Below are positions 12,757 through 25,799 of a stretch of DNA of 64,000 nt, piece by piece. A program made the position numbers and the translations under genes. A model generated the notes under the pieces. It was not told the DNA's origin, ran no database searches, and saw only the letters and a list, made by a program, of their open reading frames with translations. Numbering within the stretch: position 1 is the first letter of the stretch; each line of letters opens with the position of its first letter. Origin of the DNA: Octopus sinensis. Lineage: Eukaryota. The stretch is taken from contig NC_043011.1 in assembly GCF_006345805.1 (NCBI RefSeq), forward strand, positions 186,001 to 250,000, given 5' to 3'.

Positions 12757-13680
12757 GAAAAAGCTAAGCGCATGAAAACCCGTGCTAAAACTGCTGCCTT
12801 AGATATTCTGAATGATAAATGGCAAGAAAACCCTCTGTATGGCAAATACCCAAAGAGAGTGAATAATGCAGATATTGACAAAGCCCTGACCCATCAATGG
12901 CTAATGGCCTCTGGCTTAAAATCTGAAACAGAAGGGTTTATCATAGCAGCTCAAGATCAATGCCTACCTACAAGGAACTACCAGGCCAACATATCAAAAA
13001 CGGCAGTAGCCCAACATGTCGTGTATGTCAGCAACAAATGAAACCATTGATCATGTTGTTTCCAAGTGCAGTCTTCTAGCGCCTACAGAGTATCTCAACA
13101 GGCATGATAGAGCTGCACATATATTCACTGGGTAATTTGCAAAAGCCTGGACTTGCCCCATGATAAAACTGGTGGGAACACAAACCACCTCCAGTGCTTG
13201 AAATGACACATCTCACTCCTCTGGAACTTCACCATTCAAACTGACAGAAAGATAGACGCGAATAGGCCAGACATCATAGTAAAAGACTTCAAACAAAGAA
13301 CATGCCTCCTCATTGATATGACTGTCCCAATCGATATAAACGTATCTGTCAAGACCTACCAGAAACTGAGCAAATATAAAGATCTTGAAATAGAAATTAG
13401 CAAAATGTGGAACCTGAAGACTAAAACAATATCTGTTGTCATAGGTGCCCTGGGAATGATAGTAAAAGGGGCTGATTGCTACCTAGCTCAGATACCAGGA
13501 AACCCCAAAATGACAGAAATTCAAAAGATAGTGCTCAGCTCATGGGAACTGTCCATATCTTACGCAAAATACTGTCTATATAATCTCAAGTTTTAAAACA
13601 AACATAATTTTCGTATAATTTTTTAGGCATTCACTAGTACAACACTAAGTACAAAACCAAATATATGGCACCCTAGGCAT
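12757..13680 (+). mobile_element. R4/Dong-like RLE LINE family A, 3' fragment
   Basis: KWQENPLYGKY...WLMASGLKSETEGFIIAAQDQ, a CCHC knuckle (C..C...ETIDHVVSKC), NRPDIIVKD...LIDMTVP...KLSKYKDL (PD-(D/E)xK endonuclease); flanked by (TAA/CAA)n. Confidence 0.9.
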
Positions 13681-13724
13681 AACAATAATAATAATAATAA
13701 TGATGATAATAATAATAATAATAA

Positions 13725-13770
<46 letters not shown>

Positions 13771-14107
13771 TCTTTGGGGTTTTGGGATTCTTTGGGGTTT
13801 TGGGATTCTTTGGGGTTTGAATAGTTCACCTCTGGAAACATGGGTGGTTCTTTCAACATCCTTAAACAACCCTTATTCAGGGACCTTTTGAGCGGGATGG
13901 GCTACTCAACCTGAAGAAAATTCTAACTGGGCCCCACCTGCAAGGTCATGTGCTGTTTATCTTGATATGAGATCACCATGTCGCGCACATATGGTTGTGA
14001 TGCATGTGCCTGGTGTACCTTTATCAGACGGGTAGTCATGATGGGTATATTGGGCTTCGTATATTTTACCCCAGTGTCACTTTGATGGCTGCACAGCTCT
14101 CTCACTC

Positions 14108-14108
<1 letters not shown>
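13771..14108 (+). mobile_element. ~550-bp (TAA)n-embedded retroposon, 5'-truncated copy 2
   Basis: Matches the 3' ~340 bp of 15698-16249; same 3' end followed by (TAA)n. Confidence 0.8.
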
Positions 14109-14163
<55 letters not shown>

Positions 14164-14174
14164 TAATAATAATA

Positions 14175-14514
14175 ATAATGATTCATTCTTTTATTGGCCA
14201 CAAGATCTGACATAAAATTACATTAAAAAACATAAAACAACATTAAAGACAAAAACAGGATGATACAATGGGTTTTACAACGTGTAAACAATATAAATAA
14301 CAATTAAAAATTAAACAAATTAAAACTCCAGTGGGGGTGGGGCGCTTTAAGGACCTCGTGGAAAAACTCTCAAAAGCCACGGGTGCCTGAACAACAAGGT
14401 GAGAACCCTTCTTGTTTTTTCTTACAGGTGAACTCTCAGAATTGGTCTTTTCGCATTGGCCATTCTTCTCTCTCCACCCTCAACTTCCTTTTCAAGTGAA
14501 ACTTGAAAAATTTG
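14175..14514 (-). mobile_element. L1/Tx1-like 3' end
   Basis: Minus strand encodes KFFKFHLKRKLRVERE and ends ggccAATAAAGAATGAATC followed by (ATT)n. Confidence 0.75.
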
Positions 14515-14760
14515 ATGAGGCAGAAATTCAAAAGATAGTGTTCATGGGAACTGCCCATATCCTATGTAAAATACTGTCTATGTAATCTCAAATTTTAAAA
14601 CAAACAAAATTTTCTTATGGTTTCTTAAACATTCTCCGAAACAATACTTGTGCAAAACCAAATATATGACACCCTTTGGCAAAATACCAACATGAACTTC
14701 TTGAGATCTCTGGGTGAGACTTGGGGTCAACTTGTACAACAAAGCAAAAGTCAAGCATAT
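14515..14760 (+). mobile_element. R4/Dong-like family A, terminal 3' fragment
   Basis: EIQKIVFMGTAHILCKILS and 3' UTR similar to 13520-13680, ending in (TAA)n. Confidence 0.8.
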
Positions 14761-14779
14761 AATAATAATAATAATAATG

Positions 14780-14824
<45 letters not shown>

Positions 14825-14876
14825 TAATAACAACAACAACAAAACAACTACAACAATAATAATAATAATACTAATA

Positions 14877-15621
14877 AAACCGGAAACGGAGCCTCTAATC
14901 CGTGCTGCTCAAGAGCAAGCCTTAAGAACTAAATACATCTAATACAGAATAGATAACACATCAGAAAGTGATAAGTGCAGCATTTGTGGAGAAAATGGTG
15001 AAGCTGTATGGCATATTACCACTCAATGTACGCCATTAGCCCAGAAAGAATATAAGAGACGCTACGACAATATAGCCAGGCTTGTCTATTGGACACTTTG
15101 CAATAAGTATGGACTTGACAGAGCAAAAAAGTTGTAAAATCATAAACCTGAAAGCATAATCGAAAATGATAATGCAAAGATCCTATCGGATTTTATGATT
15201 CAGTGCGACTATGAGATAGAGAATAGGAAACTAGACATAATCTTAATTGAGAAAGAAAGCAAATGATTCTGGATCATAGATATAGCATGTCCAGCTGACA
15301 ATAAGGTATGTGATAAGGAAGAAAGAAAAGTCGATAGATATAACAGGTTAGCTTGGGAAGTTAAGCAGTTGTGGTCGTTGAAAAAGGTGGTAGTAGTACC
15401 AATAATTGTCGGAGCCATGGAAACAGTGAGTAAAAATCTTGAGGAGTACGTGGAACAAATAGCGGCTGCAATATGGGTGGAACACTTGCAGAAAACAGCA
15501 CTGCTTAGAACCGCTCGAATACTCCGGAAGGTGCTCGAAAAATAAGAGGCGTACCTTAGTTCACTGGTAGTGAACAGCTGACATCAGAGTACATCTCCAG
15601 AGTTAGAAGCTGTGCAAAGGC
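14877..15621 (+). mobile_element. R4/Dong-like family B, 3' fragment
   Basis: LIRAAQEQALRT...CSICGENGEAVWHITTQC...NRKLDIILIEK...IIDIACPAD...KVVVVPIIVGAM...LQKTALLRTARILRKVL with in-frame stops; (TAA)n on both sides. Confidence 0.9.
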
Positions 15622-15668
<47 letters not shown>

Positions 15669-15697
15669 TAGCAACAACAACAACAATAATAATTAAT

Positions 15698-16249
15698 GCC
15701 CTGATGCAGTACCAGGCAGCGGCTCTCGTGGCTTATGATCTCAACGGACTGGAAGTGTTATGTACATTGTTTTGTCTTGGTATAAAAGATGGGCTACAGA
15801 AAATATTCTGCTCAATACCACAGATTTGCTCGTCAGTTGTTTGGCCTTAACCAATTGAGTATGTCCCTTAGTGGCGCTGACAATACGTGCATCTCTGATC
15901 ATGAGCAGAAGTAGTGGGGGAACATCATAGCCTTGTGTTGAAAGGAATTCTTCGGGGTTTGAATAAATCACATCTGGGAACATGGGTGTTTCGTTCAATA
16001 TCCCTAAACAAGCCTTATTCAGGGACCTTTTGAGCGGGATGGGTTACTCGACCTGAAGAAAATTCTAATTGTGCCCCACCTGGAAGGTCATGTGCTGTTT
16101 ATCTTGATATGAGATCACTATGTCGTGCACATATGGTTGTGATGCATGTGCCTGGTATACCCTTATCAGACGGGTAGTAATGATGGCTATATTGGGCTTC
16201 ATATATTTTGCCCCAGTGTCACTTTGATGGCATGCACTGCTCTCCCACT
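15698..16249 (+). mobile_element. ~550-bp (TAA)n-embedded retroposon, longest copy 3
   Basis: Three copies in the window share a 3' end and differ at the 5' end; no ORF or recognisable Pol III boxes. Confidence 0.8.
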
Positions 16250-16320
16250 ATAATAATAATAATCATAATAATAATAATAATATAATAATAATATAATAAT
16301 AATAATAATATAATAATAAT

Positions 16321-16354
<34 letters not shown>

Positions 16355-16405
16355 GATGATGATGATGATGTGATGATGATGATGATAATAATAATAATAA
16401 TAATA

Positions 16406-16461
<56 letters not shown>

Positions 16462-16463
<2 letters not shown>

Positions 16464-17430
16464 GACAAAAGCACATGAAAATTTAGCTAGCAGATGGGAA
16501 CAGAAACCTCTCCATGGTAAGTATGTGGCCCGTAGCAAACAAGCTGATGTCGACCAGAAACACATGCACCAAAGGTTACGAAGCTCAGGGCTAAAAGCAG
16601 AGAGTGAAGGTTTCATATTAGCTGCTCAAGACCAAAGCTTATTAACCTGGAACTACCAAGCCAATGTGATATAAAATGGAGCTGACCCAAAATGCCGATT
16701 CTGTAACGATGAGATTGAAACAATAGACCACCTAATCTCAGGGTGTAGAGTCTTAGCACCTGCACAATATAAAGCAAGACATGACAGAGTCGGCCAGTAT
16801 TTACTTTGGACAATATGTCGGCATTATAAAATCAAAACCTCTGACAAATGGTATAAACACCACCCTGAAGCTGTGACTGAGGGAGAAAATGTGTCGATTC
16901 TATGGGACTTCCCCGTACAGACCGACAAGACTATAAAAGCTAATAAACCGGATATTATTATAAAAGATCAGACAAAAAAGATGTGTTTATTGATTGACAT
17001 GAGTATTCCTTGCGATCACAATATAACGGCGAAAGAATTTGACAAGATTAGTAAATATAAAGACCTGCTAATAGAAATTGAAAAAATGTGGCATCTCAAG
17101 GCGACTACAGTACCAGTGATTGTAGGATCTCTAGGAATGATAAAAAAAAGGTACTGAAACCTATTTGAAAATGATTCCAGGCCTACCATCCCTACAGGAA
17201 GTGCAAAAAATCGTATTAACTGGAACGGCTCGTGTACTGAGAAGAGCATTATCGCTGTGAAAACAACATCCATCCATGAATTTATTTATTTATTAATTTT
17301 TAAATACATATTTTATCTGTGAATTTGCGTGTGTAATCTGGGAATGCATATAATGAGCTTCTCTGCCCTAGGTGTACGGAAAACACTCGGCAAGAGACGG
17401 AAGAAAATTTGAAGAAAGAAGGAAAAACAT
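16462..17430 (+). mobile_element. R4/Dong-like family C, 3' fragment
   Basis: RWEQKPLHGKY...SSGLKAESEGFILAAQDQ...CRFCNDEIETIDHLISGC...NKPDIIIKD...LIDMSIP...KISKYKDL; (TAA)n flanks. Confidence 0.9.
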
Positions 17431-17599
17431 AATAATAATAATAACAAAATTACAGAAATATCTATTTCAGCGGCAAGGAAAACTGATGCAAAAATAGCCC
17501 CCAAAACACGAACAAAACAAAAAACTGTTTTGTGTCTTTAAGGAACTTGTCAGATACAAAAATAAATCATAGTATTTAACAACTACGAAAAAAGCAAGG

Positions 17600-18414
17600 T
17601 ATCATGATAAAACGATGGCAAGAAAAGTCTCTTCATGGCAAATAGTGGGTTAAACTGATGCAGTATTAGAAAAGAAATAGACGCAGCAAAATCCCATCAA
17701 TGGCTGAGAAGCTCGGGACTCAAAGCAGAGACTGAAGCATTTTTAAATGTAGCACAAGACTAAAGCCCACCCACCAGAAATTTCCAAAAACATATAATGA
17801 AAAGAAACACAAGTAACTGCAGAACATGTGGAGTTTGACAAGAAACAATAAATCATATTGCCTCTGGCTGCCCATTCTGGCTAAGAAGGAATATATTCAC
17901 AGACACGACACAACAGGAACTTATGTACACTGGCAGCTATGCCAACACTATGGAATCTCATCAGAAAAATGATGGTTATAACACCCCAGAAAAGGTCGCA
18001 AAAAATGAGAAAGCAATCATACTCTGGGATATGCCAGTACACACAGAAAGAAGAATCGGGGCTAATAGGCCAGATATAGTTGTCAGAGATCATCAAGGAA
18101 AAATGCTTTCTAATCGATGTATCAATATACCAACAGATGACAACCTTTCTCTAAAAGAAAGAGAAAAACTTTCAAAATACAAAGACCTAACAGCAGAAAC
18201 AATTCCTATCATAATAGGTGTATTAGGTATGATGAAAAAAAAAAAATTCTGACAAATACATAACAAAAACACCAGGACTAACAGATATATATATAACATA
18301 CAGAAAATAGCACTACTGGGCACCGCACACATCCTACGTAAAACGCTTTCAATACAGTAACCATAAGAGCATAACAGCAAACCACAGCATATACAAGGCG
18401 CAGAGAGCCGCACT
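17600..18414 (+). mobile_element. R4/Dong-like family D, 3' fragment
   Basis: RWQEKSLHGK...SSGLKAETEAF...ANRPDIVVRD...KLSKYKDL...IPIIIGVLG...IQKIALLGTAHILRKTLS, frameshifted. Confidence 0.85.
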
Positions 18415-18492
18415 CGGTGGAATTTGAACTCAGAACGAAATGCCGCTAAGCATTTTGCCTGGCGTGGTAACGATTCTGCCAGCTTGCCGCTC
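18415..18492 (-). mobile_element. tRNA-derived SINE (family 2) head
   Basis: Reverse complement of gcggcgagctggcagaatcgttagcacgccggg...ttctgagttcaaattcc. Confidence 0.7.
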
Positions 18493-18514
18493 TACTGCTG
18501 CTGCTGCTGCTGCA

Positions 18515-18613
<99 letters not shown>

Positions 18614-18614
18614 C

Positions 18615-18671
<57 letters not shown>

Positions 18672-19545
18672 GTTTCTTCATCAAAGTCATTGAAATTTAA
18701 ACGTGATTTTGCATCCATAACAAGTATTTTAAATATTTCATTCGTAGTATTCTTCCATTACTGGTTCTTTGTTGGTAGTTTTTTTCCAATTTTAATGTTT
18801 CGTTTTATTTTTATTTTCAATCTAAAAAAATTTTTTTTGACTGAATTAATTTTTCTCCCAATTATCACGTTGAGATAATAACAGATTGGTGAAAGAATAA
18901 AGGGGTGAGGTGGGGTGGAGATGGATAGTGACATAGGGAAAAAGGGAGTGTTAAAGAGAGACGGAGAGTCAGAGAGGAAGAGAATGAGAAGGAAAGAAAG
19001 AAAGAGGGAGAGGGGTTAGAATTATTAAAAAGGCAGAAATGAGGTTTGGAAAAAATTAATTTTGTTAGGGTTTTGTTTTTTAATCTAGATGTGAAATGAA
19101 TTAAAGAATTTAGGATTAGATTTTGGTTGCTGTATTTTTATTTATTTTTCCGAAGTTGGAAACAGAATTTAATGTTTCTGTCTTGGAAAATAAATAAACA
19201 TAATAAAAGGAAGAAAATAAAAAAAAACCGAAGAAATAACATGCAACAAATATAAATAAAATAATTAATAAACAGACATTTCTATGTTAGAATATTGTAG
19301 CTTTCTAATTAAACATCGACATTTTAAAGTTTGAAATAAAAAAAAAAGTTCGTTAGAAGTTTGAAAAACTTTCAGATTCGTTGTTTTCTGATAAAAATAT
19401 TTTTTTTGTTTCAATACAGCAGAGAGAGGTGAAGAGAAAAAGAAAGAAGGGAAGAAGAGGGGGAAAAGGAGAGAGAGAGAGGGGGTATAAGACAGACAGA
19501 GAGAGGTGTGGAAAGGAGAGAGCGGAGGAAGAGAGATTGGTTGAA

Positions 19546-19583
<38 letters not shown>

Positions 19584-19950
19584 TGTGTGCGGAATTGTTT
19601 TAGTGACCCAGTTGTAGGTGCAACACGTAATTTGTTGTTACCTTAGAAAGGGGTTCTCAGCCCCTTTCTATCTTAACTATCCCTCCCACACAGATCCATG
19701 AAATGTTTTTATAAATGACCCTTTCTCATGCTCCATTCCCTTAAAAATCTACAGAGTAATTTAATCAAACCCAGACAAATTTCTTTTGCACTTCTTTACG
19801 ATCCTTATTTTCTTTTACTCTCCAATCCAGTTTTAGATGATTCTAGAGACTATGTGAAGAAGAAGAAGTAGAAGAAGAAGAAGAAGAAGAAGAAGAAGAA
19901 GAAGAAGAAGAAGAAGAAGAAGAAGAAGAAGGAGAATAATAATAATAATG

Positions 19951-20039
<89 letters not shown>

Positions 20040-20246
20040 ACGTCCGTTTCGATGAATTTAAGATAATCAGGCATTGTTCTGCTCCCTGGTGACACAATGC
20101 CCATGGAACGATGAGTATTGTACCCAGCTTAAATATTGCATTACTAAGGTGGCTCCGTCCTCTCTAAACTAGAGGTGTCATACACACGGTGAGTGGCAAC
20201 GTTTAGTCCCGCCATATTTGTCTTTCTTGGTTGGGACTGAGTAACC

Positions 20247-20283
<37 letters not shown>

Positions 20284-20929
20284 GCGGTTAATTGTTCTCT
20301 CGTTTCCACACGTTCCGTTCTTACTCTATTCTGCTTCATTATCAGTCATGGAGGTGGTTTTTTCCCATCCCATTATTATTCCGCAACATCCTCTACTCTC
20401 AATTTTATCTGAATTTAAAAAATTTTTTTTATAACTTCTTATTTTTTCGTGCCATTTCAACTTCCGTATTTCTTGTCTTTATCGAACAGAAAAGATTGTT
20501 TTCCCACTACTCTTTTACTTATTATATTTTCGTGATCCAGTAAGTTGTACGAATAAGGCCCCTACCCACCTCTGGTCGTCATAAATATCTTTTTCTGTCA
20601 GATTTTGTGTAGAATATTGTAAAAGCAATCACAACTCTCATCGTTTCTCTCTTCATTAATTTAATATTAGTTGAAAGTATTAAACCTAGAAATGAGACAA
20701 CTTGAGTACAGATGCCTATTATTTTAGTAATTTTTGTTTTATTTTTGTTGTTATCATGTTCTTTTCTTTATTTATGTGAATTAGCTCTTTGATTCGTAAG
20801 CATATCTAAGTCTGCATTCGATAAAATGTTTACACTTCTGTTTCTTGGATTATTATTATTATCGTTGTTGTTGTTGTTGTCATCGCCTGGCTTGATTGGT
20901 CTGCTGTATGAGCTTTGCTGTTATATGTC

Positions 20930-22105
20930 AAACTTGTTTGGCAGCCTCTTAGCAGATATCTGCCGCAATTGGCGAGAATTCTTAGCCCTGTGAATCGAGG
21001 AGCGGTGGCACTGCTGAAAAAGGGCTCCAAAACAGATGACCAATAGAAAACTGTTGAACTCAGACTTAAAAATTTTGGCCAAGAGGTTAGCAAAGAGGTT
21101 GGCGCCTGCCGTTAAGGAACTGACTGGTGAGGCGGAAACATGCATCATCCAAGCAGACCCATCCACGACAATCTCGACCTCATCCGATACATCATAGACA
21201 GGGTAAGTAAAGAAGCTGACAATCTATTATTGGATCAATCTAGAACCTTCGGTAGACATTCTTTATGGCTAGTTATGAGCAAATGCGATTAGGTTCTTGG
21301 GGAGAGTGGACGCCGACGAGAATCAACTGACTGGTCTGATCCGGTGACTTTCGGGTCGGAGTGTACGGATAATTTCCAGAAATCTTTGGCCTGGCAGTGC
21401 TACCGAGGAGCATTGCAGGTTTGGGATAAGCTCTACAGACATGGAAGTGCCTTTAACCGGGCTTGCCCAAGATGCGTGCAGGGCAACGAAACTGTCCTGC
21501 ACACTCTCGTTCACTGCCCAAGTATTGTTAACCTGTGGGTTTATGTTAAAACACCTGTTGCTACGTGTAGGACGGTCCCGGCTATCGGCTGAGTCCATTG
21601 GGAAGATCGTCCTGCCACCTTCCTTTTGCCAAGAAGGGCAGGCAGTGTTTCTTTGTCTGGTGGCTTTTAGAAAAGATACTCCGTGGTGGACCAGATTGAA
21701 AGGGCCGAAGAAATATACTTTCATCTTTGGCCAAGCCCATAACAACTTTTTCAAGTTTTACTTGAAAAGGAAAGTGAGGGTAGAGAAAGACGTGCTGCCT
21801 CCTAGTAATTTCGTTGAAAGGTGGATGAATGTGACAAGAATTGTCCGAGTGAACGGGTCTGCTCTAAATATGTGCCTATAGACGATAAGGAGAGGAGACT
21901 TGCCCTAGTGGTCAGGGCCTCTGTGGTTTTGAGTTTCCACGAGCAGCTCTAGGAAATCTCTCTCTTTTGGGAAACTTTTTATTGTTAAATTATTTTGTCG
22001 TTTTCACTCTTTTCACGCCCCATTTTGTGTAACCTCACGTTGTGTTGTCTTGTACCGTATTCGGTATGTTTTTTCGTGAACCCTTTATGGCTAATAAAGA
22101 AAACA
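20930..22105 (+). mobile_element. L1/Tx1-like LINE, internally deleted: early RT fragment, zf-RVT C-terminus and 3' UTR
   Basis: LLNSDLKILAKRLAKRL...IHDNLDLIRYIIDRV at about 21050-21210; DNFQKSLAWQCYRGAL...CPRCVQGNETVLHTLVHC; LKRKVRVE...RWMNV; ends AATAAAGAAAAC followed by (ATT). Confidence 0.88.
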
Positions 22106-23409
22106 TTATTATCATTACAAGTAGTAGTAGGAGTAGTAGTTTCTTTTTCGGACAACTTTAGAGAATATATGTGTATATGTGTGTCTGCGTACATACGTAC
22201 ATACATACATACGTACATACATACAAATACATAGAGAAATTTTACATGTATGTCTAGGCACACACGTATACACACACAAAATTACACAGACTCAAACACA
22301 GAGATAAGTCTAATACACAAGTATACAGACACGTTCATGCAATCAAGTACGCACGCACGCGCGCGCGCACACACACACCTACACCTACACAATCAGCAAC
22401 ACAAACATGTATTATACACACGTACAAATCCCATATATATAAGTTAGTTAGTGGTGCGTGTTTAAATTCAGTCAATCTTGGGGAAGAAATAGCTTGTTCA
22501 GTGAGGGCAGGGTAGAATGTAAATAGAGATTTCACTTAGATAACTGTCGGCGACCGATTATTTAAAGAGAAACACAAGAAAAGTATCTTCCCCCTGCCCG
22601 ATCCCTTGACCACCCCACACACCCGTATTCTCATAAATTTAGGGACCTATTTAAGGTGCCAATACCCGCCCACCCTCATCTAAACACCACCAATATCATC
22701 TAAGACTTAGATAAGCTAAAACGGATTTCTTCCTTAAGACAAACGCAATAACAGCACCGAGCATTCTCATATTCGTGCCACATCAAAAGTAGGAGCGTCG
22801 ACCGTGCAGCTTGGATATCAAAAGTACGAGGGATCGAATGACATGCGAGCTACTTACTTATTTATTTATATTTTACATGTTTTTTCGTTTTTTTTTTTCA
22901 ATTTTGTTTCTTATATGTATTCGTGTTGTTTCGGTTGTTGATGAAGACGTTGATGTTGTTGACGAGGATCATGATAATGATGGTGATGATGATGATGATG
23001 ATTTCGATGGATGTAATTTTATACTGATAAGGCATTGTTTTCTTTTTTTACTTTATCTTGGTGCTATTGTTATTTTAATAAGTTTGTGTCTGTGCGTGTG
23101 TATGTGTGTGTGTGTGTAAAGTATTTATGTATATGAATGTGTATGTGTATATGTGTGAGAGTGTACGAGTGTTTATGTACGTACATGTGTGTAAATTTAT
23201 GCGTACGTTTGTGTGTTTATGCATATGTATGTGTGTAAATATATATACATACACACATACATACGCATATATACACATGCATGTATAAACGTATATGTAT
23301 GTATAAACATACACATAGAGATATACATACATGAATACACGCACACATACGCACACACACACATGCACAAATACATACATACACTTATTGTACACACACA
23401 CATCTATAT

Positions 23410-23570
23410 AGGCGAAGTTTTAGGAGTGTGGCTAAAAAGTGCGCTTCGCAACTCCATGTCTGTAAGTTCGATCCCACAACACAACTCTTTGGACAAGGGC
23501 TTTCTACCACAGCCTCAGATTGACGAATGCTTTGTGAGTGGTGTTTGGTACACGGAAACCGAGTTGTATG
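23410..23570 (+). mobile_element. Degenerate SINE (family 1) head
   Basis: Weak match to the family 1 head (gttcgatccc...ggacaagggctttctaccacagcctc). Confidence 0.5.
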
Positions 23571-23595
23571 TTGTGTGTGTGTGTGTGTGTGTGTG

Positions 23596-23653
<58 letters not shown>

Positions 23654-23731
23654 TGGTGTATGTGTGTGTTTGCTTTTTTGCAACTGGATGGTTTTGTATG
23701 CGTTGGGCGTGTACCCCTCCTCCTCCTCCTC

Positions 23732-23762
<31 letters not shown>

Positions 23763-23763
23763 A

Positions 23764-23825
<62 letters not shown>

Positions 23826-24124
23826 CCTTAAAACGACTGCACTAGATTTATTTTAGGCTTCAGATAATCTTTTATAATTACTTAAGAACAGTAAAAATTA
23901 AAGACCTTCTTGGTCCCATCTTCCGAATGGTGTAATCATAACAGAAAATATTACAAAGATACGAAAATTAAAAATTCTGCTGCCGTTATGAAAGCTTGAA
24001 GCAGTAAACCTCGGAAGAAACATTAGACGTCAATTGAAACATTGCGTGCTTCCTCACCATCATCATTTTGCTGTACATCTGAACAGTTATATGTATGTGT
24101 GTATTTGTATTTATTGTTTGTTCC

Positions 24125-24412
24125 TTCTCGAGCCAAGCCTGGCTCATAAGGGCCGGTTCCCTGGTTTCATTGACGTGTAGGCTCCCTACCTGGACGGGAC
24201 TCCGGCCCGTCGCAGGTGAGCTGCTTGATGCAGGAGGAAAGAGTAAGAGAAAGTTCTGGCGAAAGAGTCAGCAGAAGTTCGCCATTACCTTCTGCCGGAG
24301 CCGAGTGGAGCTTAGGTATTTCGCTCATAAACACACATATCACCCGATCTGAGATTCGAACCCGCAATTTCCTCGACCGCTGCTCTAAACACTAGGCCAT
24401 TGTGCCTCCACG
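24125..24412 (-). mobile_element. tRNA-derived SINE (family 3)
   Basis: Minus strand starts gtggaggcacaatggcctagtgtttagagcagc...gggttcgaatctcag with A- and B-box-like motifs. Confidence 0.8.
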
Positions 24413-24760
24413 TGTATTTGTTTAAAGCCTATATATTGCTCGTTTCTTATTTATTTCGTCTTTGTCCATCGTCTTAAATCACATTTATTCACTTTCGCAT
24501 GTCCACACTGTATCGTTTCCTTTTCTCTCGGCCCTTTTTTCTCCGCAACTTTCGCGGACTCTGCCGGCGCAGGAAGTTCTCAGTCTTATCATTAATGGTA
24601 CAAAACTTAGTAATACCATCTGGTTGATAACTGATGATGAATAACTGATCTTCTGTGTCCGACTCCCGTCCGGTTCTACACTCAGTATGCGTTATACATT
24701 TTTACTTGTCGTTCGTTTATTTACAATGCATTTTCCATTTATAAAAGCTACATACATACA

Positions 24761-24794
<34 letters not shown>

Positions 24795-24836
24795 CATACA
24801 TACATTCAGACATACATACATACATACATAGATACA

Positions 24837-24870
<34 letters not shown>

Positions 24871-24924
24871 CATACATACATTCATACATACATACATATA
24901 TACATACATACATACATTCATACA

Positions 24925-24955
<31 letters not shown>

Positions 24956-24969
24956 GTATGTATGTAGCT

Positions 24970-25765
24970 TTTATCTTTTATTTGTTTCAGTCATCAGACA
25001 GTGGCCATGCTGGAGTGCTTGGAAGAATTTTGGTCGAATGAATCGACACCAGTACTTATCTTTTTAAAGTTTGGTACCTATTCTATCGGCCTCTTTTGCT
25101 GAAACGCTAAGTTACGGGTACGTAAACACACCAAGACGAGTTATCAAGCGATGATGGGCGACAAATATAGATACACACACGCGCGCGCGCGTACATTTAA
25201 CACAAACATCTTTCAGTTTCCACCTACCAGATCCATTCAACTGGCTTTGGTCGGCTCGAAGCTATAGCAGACGACACTTGCCTAAGGTGTCACGCAATGA
25301 GACTGAACCCGTGGCTGGAAAGCAAACTTCCTACCACACAGCCACGCACGCCTATACACATATTCTTTTTTTTCTTTTATTCTTTTACTTGTTTCAGTCA
25401 CTTGACTGCGGCCATGCTAGAGCACTGCCTTTAGTCGAGCAAATCGACCCCAGGACTTATTCTTTGTAAGCCTAGTACTTATCCTATCGGTCTCTTGTGC
25501 CGAACCACTAAGTCACGGGGACGTAAACATATCAGCATCGGTTGTCAAGCGATGGTGGGGGTGAGATACAAACACACACACACAAACACACATATATACA
25601 TACGACGGACTTCTTTCAGTTTCCGGCTACCAAATCAACTCAGAAAGCTTTGGTCGGACCGAGGCTACAGCAGAAGGCACTTGCCCAAGGTGTCACATAG
25701 TGGGACTGAAACCTGAACCATGTGGTTGGTAGGCAAGCTACTTACCACACAGCCACTCCTACACA
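24970..25765 (-). mobile_element. Two tandem family 1 SINEs
   Basis: Two head/body/tail units (about 24970-25350 and 25380-25765), each with an internal CA/TA microsatellite. Confidence 0.85.
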
Positions 25766-25799
25766 CACACACACACACACACATACACACAATATTATA

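Noticed and set aside
24340-24412. tRNA-like sequences here and at 50755-50824
   Set aside because: They continue into SINE bodies and lack a complete cloverleaf, so they are SINE heads rather than tRNA genes.
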